DNA of 51,736 nucleotides from an uncultured Myxococcales bacterium (lineage in GTDB: Bacteria > Myxococcota_A > UBA9042). Position numbers and translations under genes: made by a program. A model generated the notes under the pieces. It saw only the letters and a program-made list of their open reading frames with translations, was not told where the DNA came from and ran no database searches. This document shows, piece after piece, positions 35,386 to 46,031 of this stretch. Position 1 is the first letter of the stretch; each line of letters begins with the position of its first letter. Where the stretch lies: positions 1 through 51,736 of the forward strand of contig CAIPXZ010000676.1 of NCBI GenBank assembly GCA_903869075.1. The letters run 5' to 3'.

Positions 35386-37707
35386 ATGGCGGTTCTTGAG
35401 CGACTGGCAAAGCGCGTTCTCCCTGTATTGGCCGTGACGGCGTGCGTCTTTGGCGCGGCGTCCGCGTGGGCGGCGGAGCGGGCGGAGGCGCTGCTGTACG
35501 TGCTGACCCAGGTGGATCTCGGCGGCGTGACTGTGCCGATGATCGTGCCGGAGCCGCAAAAGCAGCTGACGGACTCGGGCATGGCCAACCGGCCGCAGAA
35601 GGCCTTCGAGATGCTGCGGGCGCGCTCGCCCAAGGCCTATGGCGCGACGAGTTTGCGCATCAATTCAGCGACTTCGGCGACGATCGTGCTGGACAAAGTG
35701 GCGGACGCGGACCAGGTGCTGGCGGAGGCGTTCTGGACGCTGGGCGCGCAGGGCTACTCGGACCTGACGGCGCCGCCGGATGTGCAGGGCCCGGTCACGG
35801 CCGACAAGCTGAGCTACGGCGCGGCGACGCCGGTGATTTACCCATGGGATTTGCTGCGGTTTCACGAGTCGACGGCCTCGGCGCAGTTTGCCCTGGCGCT
35901 GATCGGCGGCCAGGCGATGCCGGCGTCCGAGGCGCTCAAGCGGCTGCAGCGCGGTGACGTGGCGGCGCGCAAGGATCTGCAGGCGGCGGTCGAGGGCGCG
36001 GCGATGCGGCCCAAGCTCGCGATTTTGGAAGCGATTGCCGACGGCGCGACGCGCACGGCGTTCAAGCTGAAGGCCGAAGACGCGCTGGCGGCGCTCAAGG
36101 ATCGTTCGGTGCAGGTGCGCGGCGCGGCGCTGGACGCGGTAATCGCCGCGGGCTTTACCGGCCAAAAGACCGTCGTGACGGCGCTCGAGGCGCTCGTCGA
36201 GAACGACACCGACGTGGAGCTGAAGCTGCGCGCGGTCAAGGCGCTCTCCAAGAACGGCACGACCAAGTACGCGGATTTGTTGGAGTCGGAGAAGCTCAAG
36301 ACCGGCACGGCGCAGGAAGCGCTGGACGCCGTGCACAAGCTGTCCAAGTCGACGCAGATCAAGATCGCCGCGCCGGCGCTGGTTGGCGCGCTGTCGCACT
36401 CGGACGGCGTTGTGCGCGATGCGGCGTTCGCCGGGCTCGTCGAGCTCAAGCAATTCGACTTGCTGTACGGGGCGTTGGACGGCGATCAGCTGTCGGCGAA
36501 GATGCGCGAGCAGATCGCCAAGGCGCTGGTTGAGAACGGCTCACCGGCGGCGCAGGACGCGTCGCTGGTTTACCTCATCACCAAGGGCAGCGCGGACGGC
36601 GCGATCCTCGCGGCGGAGACTTACGGCAAGCGCGGCGCCAAGACCGCGTCGCCGCAGCTGATTGACGCGCTCAAGCACGATTCGGCGGAAGTGCGCGGCG
36701 CGGCGGCGGGCGCCCTGGCGCTGCTCAAGGACGAGCGGGCGATCGTGCCGCTGGCGGACGCGGCAGCGGCCCGCGCCCGCGACAAGGAAGTGATGATGAA
36801 GGCGGCGGTCGAGATCCTCGGCAGCTTGCGGCTGGATCAGGTCAAGCAGCTTGTTTCCAGCAAAAACACCGATGTGCGGCAAATGGCGATCCGCGCGCTG
36901 GCGGAATTTGCCAAGGGCAGCCGGCCGAAGCCGGACGTCGTGGCGCTGCTGCAGGAAGCGCGCAAGGACACGGACGCGAACATCAAGCGCTCGGCGGTGT
37001 ACGCGCTGGCGCGGCTGCAGGACGACGGCATCGCGCGCGATTTGGCGGAGATGAAAAAGGATCCGGACAGCGACATCCGCCTGCAGGTGGCGATCGCGCT
37101 GGGCGCGGCGACGGCCAAGTACCCAGAAGCCGATGATGTGCTGGCGGAAATGGTCAAGGATACCGACAAGAAAGTGCGCATCGAGGCGATCAACGGCCTG
37201 TCCAAGCGCCACGCCGCGGCGGCGGTGCCGGGGCTGATGGGCCTCGTGCAGCAGCCGGATCCCGAGGTGAAGCGCGCGGTGTTCAACGCCCTGCTGAACC
37301 TGCGCGACGGCGGCAACGCCGACAAGATGCGGCCGCTGTTCCGCAAGGGCATGGAATTCAAGGATTCGCAGGTGCGCGGGACGTGCGTGCAGGCGCTGGC
37401 GGACAAGGTCACGCTGGACGACATCGAGGCGCTGCGCCAGGCGGCGTTCGACCCGTCCAAGGACGTCAAGATCGCGGCGATCGCCGCGCTGGCTTCGACC
37501 AAGCGTCCAGAAGTGATGGATCCAATTGCGAATTTCTTCTCGGACAACGACATGACCGTGCGCGAGAAGGCCATCGAAGCGCTGTGCGGCATCAACGCCG
37601 GCGAGTCGGCCAAGGCCAAGCGGACGTACCTGAAGGACGCGATCGACTCCGCCGACATGCCGGACGCGCTGAAGAAAAAAGCCGAAGCCTGCCAGAAAGG
37701 CCTGTAG
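35386..37707 (+). CDS. Exported HEAT-repeat protein
   Basis: Signal peptide ending ASAWA; many LxDxDxxVRxxAxxAL repeats; GGAGG SD before ATG 35386. Confidence 0.85.
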   Translation: MAVLERLAKRVLPVLAVTACVFGAASAWAAERAEALLYVLTQVDLGGVTVPMIVPEPQKQLTDSGMANRPQKAFEMLRARSPKAYGATSLRINSATSATIVLDKVADADQVLAEAFWTLGAQGYSDLTAPPDVQGPVTADKLSYGAATPVIYPWDLLRFHESTASAQFALALIGGQAMPASEALKRLQRGDVAARKDLQAAVEGAAMRPKLAILEAIADGATRTAFKLKAEDALAALKDRSVQVRGAALDAVIAAGFTGQKTVVTALEALVENDTDVELKLRAVKALSKNGTTKYADLLESEKLKTGTAQEALDAVHKLSKSTQIKIAAPALVGALSHSDGVVRDAAFAGLVELKQFDLLYGALDGDQLSAKMREQIAKALVENGSPAAQDASLVYLITKGSADGAILAAETYGKRGAKTASPQLIDALKHDSAEVRGAAAGALALLKDERAIVPLADAAAARARDKEVMMKAAVEILGSLRLDQVKQLVSSKNTDVRQMAIRALAEFAKGSRPKPDVVALLQEARKDTDANIKRSAVYALARLQDDGIARDLAEMKKDPDSDIRLQVAIALGAATAKYPEADDVLAEMVKDTDKKVRIEAINGLSKRHAAAAVPGLMGLVQQPDPEVKRAVFNALLNLRDGGNADKMRPLFRKGMEFKDSQVRGTCVQALADKVTLDDIEALRQAAFDPSKDVKIAAIAALASTKRPEVMDPIANFFSDNDMTVREKAIEALCGINAGESAKAKRTYLKDAIDSADMPDALKKKAEACQKGL

Positions 37708-37813
37708 CGGCACAGCAGACGCGCGCGATTCCGTGGACTTGGCCGCCGGATCGTGACCGCGCGGCGGGCAAACCGTACACTGCGCGCCCGGCGGAAACCG
37801 CCTTCGGACCGGT

Positions 37814-40492
37814 ATGCACGACCTCGGTACCGCGCTTCTCTACTGCGCTTTCCTCGCCACGCTGGCGACTGGCGTCTTGGCCTACGGCGGCGCTGCGCTG
37901 CGCTCCCCCGGCATGCTCGCTGCCAGCCGCCACGGCTTGCGCACCACCTGGCTTGTCTGGCTGGCGATGGGCGCGTGCTTGTTTTACGGCCTGCTCAGCC
38001 ACGATTTTGCCAACAAATACATCGCCGCCTACACCGACCAGGACATGCCGCTGGCGTACCTGATCGCCGGCTTTTGGGGCGGCGAGAAAGGCGCGCTGCT
38101 GTTCTGGACGATCGCGCTGACGACGTTTTCGGTCGTCGCTGTGCTGCGCAACCGCACGCAATCTCAAGTCTTTCTCGGCTGGGTCACCGGCATCCTCGCC
38201 ACGTCGATCCTGTTCTTCGCCACGCTCATGGTCTTCGAGTCCAACCCATTCGAGATCTTCCAGGCCGGCGCCGGTCCGGACGACGGCAAGGGCATGAACC
38301 CGCTGCTGCAGAACCCGCTGATGGCGATCCACCCGCCGAGCCTGCTGACCGGTTACATCTCGTTCACTGTGCCATTCGCCTTTGGTTTCGCGGCGTTGAT
38401 CACCGGCCAGCTGGACAGCCAGTGGCTGCGCGACACCCGCAAATGGACGCTCGTGTCCTGGCTGTTCCTGTCGCTGGGGCTGATTCTCGGCGGCGCGTGG
38501 GCGTACGAGGAGCTCGGCTGGGGCGGCTTCTGGATGTGGGATCCCGTTGAAAATGCTGGACTTATCCCGTGGTTCACGGCGACGGCCTTCCTGCACAGCG
38601 TGATGATCCAGGAGCGCCGCAACATGCTCAAGCGCTGGAACGCGGTGCTCGTGTGCCTGACGTTCTTGCTGACGATCTTCGGCACGTTCCTGACCCGCAG
38701 CCAGCTGATCGACTCCGTACACGCGTTTGCCGACTCGACATTGGCCGGCTATTTTCTCTGGTACATGGCTGTTATCACAGTCGTTTCGACGATCGCCATC
38801 GCCATCCGCTGGAAGGCGTTGCGCGCCGACGCCGAGCTGGACTCCGTGATGAGCCGCGAGGCGTTCTTTGTCTTCAACAACGTGCTGCTCGTTGGCTGCG
38901 CGTTCGTCGTGCTGTGGGGCACGCTGTTCGGGCAGATCTCGGACGCCAAGCCGGTGCAGCAGCTGTACAACGCTTTTGCCAGCGCCGTCGGGCACTTGGG
39001 CCTGCACCTGCAGCCGCTGACGCAAAAAGTCCAGCTCGGCGAGCCGTGGTTCAACCAGGTCATGACGCCGCTCGGTCTGGCGATCCTGCTGCTGACCGGC
39101 GTCGGGCCGCTGATCTCGTGGCGACGTGCAACCCGCAAGAATTTCGAGAAAAACATCGCGCGGCCGCTCGTTGCCTCGGCGCTGATCACGCTTGGCGTCG
39201 CGCTGTGGTACCTCGGCCGCGGCACATGGATCGCCATGGGCGCGCGCGCGCGCGACTTCCCGACGGCGGCGCGCGAAGTGCTCGCCGACCTCGGCTCGCG
39301 CGAGTGGTACGGCGCGGCGACGATCTGGTTCGCGGCGTTCGTATTTTGGGCGATTGCGTTGGAATTCCACATCGGTACACGCGCCCGCCAGCGCGTCCAC
39401 GGCCAGAGCTACCCGATCGCGCTTGTGCTGCTGACCCTGCGCAACAAGCGCCGGTACGGCGGCTACATCGTGCACCTGGGCGTCGTGTTCTGCTTTTTGG
39501 CGTTCGCCGGCAACGCGTTTCGCACCTACCAGCCGGAGATCGCGCTGCATCCCGGCGACAAGGCGGAAGTGGGCGATTACACGCTGACTTTCGCCGCTGG
39601 AAGCGACTACTACGAGCCCGATGGCGCCTACGCCGCGCACCGCGCGACGATGCTGGTGATGACGCGCGATGAAGCGGTGCCGGAGCCGGCGATCCGCGCG
39701 GTGGAGGCGCTGCTGCCGCCGGGCACGCGCGTCGAGACGTTTCCCGGCCAGCCGCGCGTGGCGGTGACGTTTGCCGACGCGGCGGCGGGGCGCAAGTTCG
39801 CGTCGCGGCAGTTCGTCGGCGCGCTGGGTCCGGCGATCGCGATCCGCGGTGCCGACAAGGCGGATCCGCGCGTGCTGCACCTGCAGCTGGGCAAGCCGCT
39901 GCTGGACGTCGCGGCGATCACGCCGCAGGTCGTTATGGCCTTTGTCGGCGAGCTGCGCGACTGGGCCACGGATGCGGCGCCTGAAGCCGTGGAAGTCCGC
40001 ACCACGCCTGGACAAATGACGTTCGACCTGGCGTTTGCCACGCCCGCCGGCCTGCAAGCGTTCCTCGCCGACTGGCGCGCCGGGCCGTGGCCGGGCATGC
40101 GCTACGTCGGCGTCAACAGCCACGCCACACTCGCCAGCGGCGTGCGCGTGGACTGTGTGCCGTTTGGCGTCGGCACGGTGCTGCTGCCAGAAGTGCGGTT
40201 CTACAAAAAGCACGCATCGCCAACGACGGAAGTGGCGATCCAGTCGGCGTTTTCGCACGACCTGTACCTGGCGATGCGTCCGGCGCAGGGCCAGAAATTC
40301 ATTCACCTTTTGGCAGTCGTCTTCCCGTTCGTGTCGTTCCTGTGGCTGGGCGCGATCACCATGCTGTTCGGCGCCGTTGTGGCGATGCTGCCGGCGCGGC
40401 GCAAGCCCGAGGAAGGCGGCGACGACGCTACGGCAGGCCCCGCTGAACCGTCACCCGCCGCAGCTGCTGCGACCGCGCCGGCTGCTGGCTGA
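37814..40492 (+). CDS. ccmF: Cytochrome c heme lyase CcmF/NrfE family, enlarged
   Basis: FWGGEKGALLFW, GMNPLLQ...IHPP, WAYEELGWGGFWMWDPVEN, FLTRS...SVHAF, YGGYIVHLG and TTEVAI...DLY. Confidence 0.93.
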   Translation: MHDLGTALLYCAFLATLATGVLAYGGAALRSPGMLAASRHGLRTTWLVWLAMGACLFYGLLSHDFANKYIAAYTDQDMPLAYLIAGFWGGEKGALLFWTIALTTFSVVAVLRNRTQSQVFLGWVTGILATSILFFATLMVFESNPFEIFQAGAGPDDGKGMNPLLQNPLMAIHPPSLLTGYISFTVPFAFGFAALITGQLDSQWLRDTRKWTLVSWLFLSLGLILGGAWAYEELGWGGFWMWDPVENAGLIPWFTATAFLHSVMIQERRNMLKRWNAVLVCLTFLLTIFGTFLTRSQLIDSVHAFADSTLAGYFLWYMAVITVVSTIAIAIRWKALRADAELDSVMSREAFFVFNNVLLVGCAFVVLWGTLFGQISDAKPVQQLYNAFASAVGHLGLHLQPLTQKVQLGEPWFNQVMTPLGLAILLLTGVGPLISWRRATRKNFEKNIARPLVASALITLGVALWYLGRGTWIAMGARARDFPTAAREVLADLGSREWYGAATIWFAAFVFWAIALEFHIGTRARQRVHGQSYPIALVLLTLRNKRRYGGYIVHLGVVFCFLAFAGNAFRTYQPEIALHPGDKAEVGDYTLTFAAGSDYYEPDGAYAAHRATMLVMTRDEAVPEPAIRAVEALLPPGTRVETFPGQPRVAVTFADAAAGRKFASRQFVGALGPAIAIRGADKADPRVLHLQLGKPLLDVAAITPQVVMAFVGELRDWATDAAPEAVEVRTTPGQMTFDLAFATPAGLQAFLADWRAGPWPGMRYVGVNSHATLASGVRVDCVPFGVGTVLLPEVRFYKKHASPTTEVAIQSAFSHDLYLAMRPAQGQKFIHLLAVVFPFVSFLWLGAITMLFGAVVAMLPARRKPEEGGDDATAGPAEPSPAAAAATAPAAG

Positions 40493-41444
40493 GCGCCTCG
40501 ATCACGTCCAGCTCCTGGCACAGGCCAAACGGCAGCTCGCGGTCATCCGCCCACGGCGCCGGCTTGGCGAACAGCGCGATCTGCGACGACGCGGTGTTGG
40601 CCTGGCCGAGCGTCACGAACGACAGCATCCCCGGCTTGTCGTGCCGCACGTCGCGGCGCAGCACATCGGCGACGTGAAATCCGGCGCCGCCCGGGCCGCG
40701 CTGGCTCCGATCGCCGGTGACCGCCCAGATGCCCGTCAGGGCGCGGTGAAAGCTGAGGCCGTCGTAGAACGGCGTGGTTTGCCAGCTGCCGCCCGGGCTG
40801 CGCCACGCCCGCTTGCCGCGGGCCAAGCCGACAAAATGGCTGACGAGCTCCGGCACCTCATGCTCCAGCAGCAGGCAGTGCACCGTACCCTGGCTGGTCT
40901 CCAGCACCGCGTACAACGCGCCGGTACCGGTCAGCTCCGTCGTCGCCTCCGCCAGTGAAATCGCGTGGTTGTGCGGATTGACCGGTCCCGGATCGGCCGC
41001 GTGCCACGCCGCCGTGTTCGCCGCGTCCAGCCGCCAGTGGCCGTCCTGCAGGTAGAACCACGCCGTCAGGTCCACGCCCTTGTGCGTGCTCAGCAGCGCC
41101 GCGCGGCCACCCGCCAGCTCCACGCGGCTGAACGGTCCCGCCAGCTGCGCCTGCAGCGTCACCGGCAAAATCGCCAGCGCGCCGTTGGGTTGCCGCAGCT
41201 GCGCGACCGAGGCCGGTGTCAGCAGCTCGGTGACCGTCGCCATGCCCGCCGGCGTCGCCCGCGCCCGCAGCGCCGCCACCACTTGCCCGAGCGGCTCTTG
41301 CGCCGGCGGCTCCGTCTGGGTCACTGCCCACGGCAGCGCGACGCTCGCCGGCTGCGGCGCGGGCACATCGGGCGGCCGCGGTGGCGGCGTCCGTTGGCAG
41401 CCCAGCGCGCACAATCCCAGCAGCAGCACGAGGCGGTGGTTCAT
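40428..41444 (-). CDS. Cyclophilin-type peptidyl-prolyl isomerase-like lipoprotein
   Basis: Lipobox ALGC; LETSQG, FVGLARG, PFYDGLSFHR, HDKPGMLS and NTASSQ. Extra N-terminal domain. Confidence 0.8.
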   Translation of the reverse strand: MNHRLVLLLGLCALGCQRTPPPRPPDVPAPQPASVALPWAVTQTEPPAQEPLGQVVAALRARATPAGMATVTELLTPASVAQLRQPNGALAILPVTLQAQLAGPFSRVELAGGRAALLSTHKGVDLTAWFYLQDGHWRLDAANTAAWHAADPGPVNPHNHAISLAEATTELTGTGALYAVLETSQGTVHCLLLEHEVPELVSHFVGLARGKRAWRSPGGSWQTTPFYDGLSFHRALTGIWAVTGDRSQRGPGGAGFHVADVLRRDVRHDKPGMLSFVTLGQANTASSQIALFAKPAPWADDRELPFGLCQELDVIEALSQQPARSQQLRRVTVQRGLP

Positions 41445-41519
41445 CGCCTGAAGGTACGACCGCGCGGCATTCTGTGCAACGCAACCGGCGCGGTGTAGGC
41501 TCAGCGGCTGGAGGCAGGC

Positions 41520-42080
41520 GTGGCGGCAACCCAGACAGTGCTGGCGATCGATCCGGGCTCGCGCAAGCTGGGCTGGGCCGTCGTGCTGCGGCGCGGCCAG
41601 GCGCTGGAGCGGCTGGCGAGCGGCACGCTGCGGCTGGACGTCAAGGCGTCGGTGCCGGAGCGGCTGGGGGCGATTTTGCTGCAGCTGACGGTGCTTTTTG
41701 ACACCTACAAGCCGGACGCGCTGGCGATCGAGGCGGCGTTCGTCCACGAGAACCCGCATACCGCGCTGGTGCTGGGCCAGGCGCGCGGCTTGCCGATCGC
41801 GCTGGCGGCGTCGCGCGGCCTGCCGGTGGCGGAGTACCCGCCGGCGACGGTCAAGCGCATGGTCGTGGGCAGTGGCCGCGCCGAGAAGAACCAGGTCCAG
41901 GAAATGGTCAAGCTGACGCTGCAACTCACTGAACTACCACAGGAAGATGAGGCGGACGCGCTGGCCGTGGCGATCACCTACCACCGCCAGCCGGCGGCCC
42001 TGGCGGCGGGCGGCGAGCTGACGGCGGCGCAAAAGGCGTGGCTGGCGGCGACCCAGGCCAGCAAACGGAAGTCCGCATGA
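41520..42080 (+). CDS. ruvC: Holliday junction resolvase RuvC
   Basis: LAIDPG, AIEAAF, LGQARG, EYPPATVK, GRAEKNQV and DEADALAVA. Confidence 0.96.
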   Translation: MAATQTVLAIDPGSRKLGWAVVLRRGQALERLASGTLRLDVKASVPERLGAILLQLTVLFDTYKPDALAIEAAFVHENPHTALVLGQARGLPIALAASRGLPVAEYPPATVKRMVVGSGRAEKNQVQEMVKLTLQLTELPQEDEADALAVAITYHRQPAALAAGGELTAAQKAWLAATQASKRKSA

Positions 42081-42685
42081 TCGCATGGCTCTCAGGCATC
42101 ACCCGCGTCCAGGGCGGCGATCACGTTGTCCTCGACGTCCACGGCGTGGGCTACCAGGTCTTTGTCCACGAACGCGACGCCGAGCGTGCGCGGCTGGACG
42201 CGCCGCTGGTGCTGCACATCCGCATGACGGTGCGCGAAGATGCGCTGACGCTCTACGGTTTTGCCAACCCGGCGGATCGCGATGTCTACGACGCGCTGAC
42301 CGCCGTGCCGGGCGTGGGTCCCAAGGCGGCGATGGCGCTGCTGTCGACCTGGACGCCGGGCCAGCTGGCGAGCGCGATCCACCGCCAGAACGCCGCCGAT
42401 CTGACCAAGGCCAAGGGCGTGGGCAAGAAGCTGGCGGACCTGATCTTGCTGAAATTGAAGGATAAACTGCCGGTGGCGCTGGAAGACATCGCGGCGATCG
42501 CGGCCAAGCCGGTGGCGGGCGCGGATCCGGTCGTCGGCGAGGTGCTGAGCGCGCTGCAGAACCTGGGCTACCGTCCGAACGTGGCGCAAGAAGCGGTGAC
42601 GCAGGCCCGCGCGCTGCAGCCGACGGCGAATTTTGATGCGCTGCTGCGGGTGGCGCTGGCGTCGCTGCGGCGGCCGGTCGGCTAA
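42077..42685 (+). CDS. ruvA: Holliday junction branch migration protein RuvA
   Basis: MIAWLSG, DVHGVGY, VREDALTLYGF, VPGVGPKAA, GVGKK and ALQNLGY. ATGA overlap with ruvC. Confidence 0.96.
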   Translation: MIAWLSGITRVQGGDHVVLDVHGVGYQVFVHERDAERARLDAPLVLHIRMTVREDALTLYGFANPADRDVYDALTAVPGVGPKAAMALLSTWTPGQLASAIHRQNAADLTKAKGVGKKLADLILLKLKDKLPVALEDIAAIAAKPVAGADPVVGEVLSALQNLGYRPNVAQEAVTQARALQPTANFDALLRVALASLRRPVG

Positions 42686-42697
42686 AGGCGGGGGAAA

Positions 42698-43741
<1,044 letters not shown>

Positions 43742-43742
43742 A

Positions 43743-44054
43743 ATGGCGACGTCGCACCCAGCTGTGAGCGGCAAGGACGGCGACGTGCGCCTGGCGGTGC
43801 GCGCGCAGCCGGGCGCCAAGGTCAGCCAGGTGCTGGGGCTGCACGGCGACCGCCTGAAGATCGCCGTGCAAGCGCCGCCGGTGGATGGCAAGGCCAACGC
43901 CGCGCTGTGCGCGTTCGTCGCCGCGTGGCTGGGCGTTGGCAAGCGCGCGGTCGTGGTGGGTGCGGGCGAGACGTCCCGCGACAAACGTCTGGATATCGCC
44001 GCGGATTTGGCGCTGGTGCTCGCCAAGGTGGCGCCCCACAGCGCGCCGCCGTAG
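43743..44054 (+). CDS. DUF167 (YggU) family protein
   Basis: VRAQPGA, LKIAVQAPPVDGKAN and GETSRDK. Confidence 0.9.
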   Translation: MATSHPAVSGKDGDVRLAVRAQPGAKVSQVLGLHGDRLKIAVQAPPVDGKANAALCAFVAAWLGVGKRAVVVGAGETSRDKRLDIAADLALVLAKVAPHSAPP

Positions 44055-44126
44055 CCGTTCCGCCGCGGGCCGGTCTGCGCACTTCCCCAAGGGCCGCAGC
44101 CAAGCTATACTCCCGCCTCTGAGACC

Positions 44127-46031
44127 GTGCGCGAGGTGCCGTTCGTGACCAGCCAGCTTGTGAACCTGACCCGCCACTTCCCGCGATGGGCACGCTTGTG
44201 CCTGCTGGCTGTCGCGCTGAGCGCCGTGCTGGCGCCGGTTTTTGCCGTCCCCGCGCTCGCGCAGGGCACGCGCGGACCGGCGATCCAGAACCCCGATGTG
44301 GCAGCCGCCAAAGAGCTCGTGACCGACGAGCGCTACTACGACGCCTTTTCCAAGCTCGCCGATCTGGTGCCGACGCTGGCGCCCGACGACCCGGACAAGG
44401 CGCTGGGGCAGTTCTTGCTGGCCCGCGCCCTGTTTGGCCTGAACCTGTACCAGTCGGCGCTGCGGGCGTTTGACGCCGTTGTGGTGACGCCGGATCACCC
44501 CCTGTACCGCGAAAAAATGCGGTATTACCTGCAGATCCAACGCAGCGTCCCGGGTGACCTGGCAACCGTTGAACGGCTGATCGACGCGCCGGAAGGCACG
44601 CTTCGCAAGGACGACGCCGACGAAGTGCGGTTTTTGGTGGGTCGCTACTATTTCTCGATTGGCGAGCAGAGCTACATGCTCGGCCACGGCCAGTGCAACG
44701 AGCAGTGCAAGGACTCGTTTGGCAAGGCGATTGGCCACTTGTCGGCGCTGCGGCCCGCCGCCGGTGAGACCTACCTGAAGGCCAAGCACCTGCTGGGCGT
44801 GACTTTCGTGTACCTGAACCAGGCGCAGCCGGCGCTGGAAGCGTTCAAGGACCTGCTGCGCTTTGAGGAACAGGTCGGCAGCCCGAAATACTACAAGCAA
44901 TACAAGGATCTGGCGTCGATGTCGCTGGGCCGGCTGTTCTACTCGATCGGCCAGTACGACACCGCGGTCAAGTATTACGATCGCGTGGAGGAAGGCACGT
45001 CGCAGTGGCTGGACTCGCTGTTCGAGCTGGGCTGGACGTATTTTCAGCTGAACCGCGTCGACCGCGTGCTCGGCTCGCTGCACACGCTCAACTCGCCGTA
45101 TTTTGAGGATCGCTACTATCCGGAAGGCCAAGTGCTGGAGGCCTTGATTTTGTTCAGGACTTGCCGCTTCAAGGAGACGCTCGTCACCGTGCAGCGCTTC
45201 TTGCGCGACTACAAGCCGCTGAAAAAAGAGCTGGATGCGCAGCTGTCCGGCCAGCGCTCGGACGCGGAGTTCTACGACTATCTGGCGGCGCTGGCGGGAC
45301 AAAAAGCCAAGCTTTCCGTGCAGTTGCGGCGGATCTTCAACGCCGCGTTGAACGACAAGCGGCTGCAGCGATCGTTTGGTTCCGTGCTGCTGGCGAACAC
45401 CGAGCTGGAAGGCCTGGAGAAGCTGGAGCGCAACACGACGGCGTCGACCGCCGCCAAGCAGCTGTACGAGGACATGGGCCGCATTCGCGCCGTCATGGTG
45501 TCCGAAGCCGGCGGCCAGGCGCGGGCGCGGCTGACGCGCGTGCGCGAGGATCTCACGGAAATCATTCGCCAAGGCTTGCGTATCAAGTACGAGTCGATGA
45601 AGGCGGGTCGCGGCTCGATCAGCGCCAGCGTGCGCAAGGACATGGCGGAGACCGCGTTGGCCGTCAGCGAGCCGCGCGAAGAAGACGCCGAGCACGTGAT
45701 GTGGCCGTTTGACGGCACCTACTGGAAGGACGAGTTGGGCGGCTACACGTACGACACCAAGTCGCGCTGCACGTCGAACGAGATGCCGAAGGAGAGCGCC
45801 AACGCCTCGAAACCCAAGGGCAAAGGCGGCGCTGCGCTGAAGAAGGCTGGCGCCACCGGTGCGGACAAAGGCGAAGCGGCGGCGCCCGCCAAAGCTGAGG
45901 CGCCCGCCAAAGCCGAAGCGCCAGCCAAAGCTGACTGGGGTGAGGAAGCGGCGCCCAAGGCGGATGCCGCGCCGACCCCGGAAAGCGCGCCCTCAACGCC
46001 CGACGCTGCCCCGAAGACGGAGACGCCGTGA
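44127..46031 (+). CDS. Exported TPR protein, GltC/NfsC-like (gliding motility complex)
   Basis: Signal peptide ending PALA; TPRs; LGSLHTLNSPYF...YPEG and EHVMWPFDGTYWKDELGGY motifs recalled from GltC. Confidence 0.7.
   Translation: MREVPFVTSQLVNLTRHFPRWARLCLLAVALSAVLAPVFAVPALAQGTRGPAIQNPDVAAAKELVTDERYYDAFSKLADLVPTLAPDDPDKALGQFLLARALFGLNLYQSALRAFDAVVVTPDHPLYREKMRYYLQIQRSVPGDLATVERLIDAPEGTLRKDDADEVRFLVGRYYFSIGEQSYMLGHGQCNEQCKDSFGKAIGHLSALRPAAGETYLKAKHLLGVTFVYLNQAQPALEAFKDLLRFEEQVGSPKYYKQYKDLASMSLGRLFYSIGQYDTAVKYYDRVEEGTSQWLDSLFELGWTYFQLNRVDRVLGSLHTLNSPYFEDRYYPEGQVLEALILFRTCRFKETLVTVQRFLRDYKPLKKELDAQLSGQRSDAEFYDYLAALAGQKAKLSVQLRRIFNAALNDKRLQRSFGSVLLANTELEGLEKLERNTTASTAAKQLYEDMGRIRAVMVSEAGGQARARLTRVREDLTEIIRQGLRIKYESMKAGRGSISASVRKDMAETALAVSEPREEDAEHVMWPFDGTYWKDELGGYTYDTKSRCTSNEMPKESANASKPKGKGGAALKKAGATGADKGEAAAPAKAEAPAKAEAPAKADWGEEAAPKADAAPTPESAPSTPDAAPKTETP
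45882..45935 (+). repeat. In-frame 18-bp tandem repeat x3 (APAKAE/D)
   Basis: gcgcccgccaaagctgag / gcgcccgccaaagccgaa / gcgccagccaaagctgac. Confidence 0.8.

Noticed and set aside
41520-42080. RuvC domain as a TnpB/Cas-type nuclease
   Set aside because: It is a canonical stand-alone RuvC in a ruvCAB operon.
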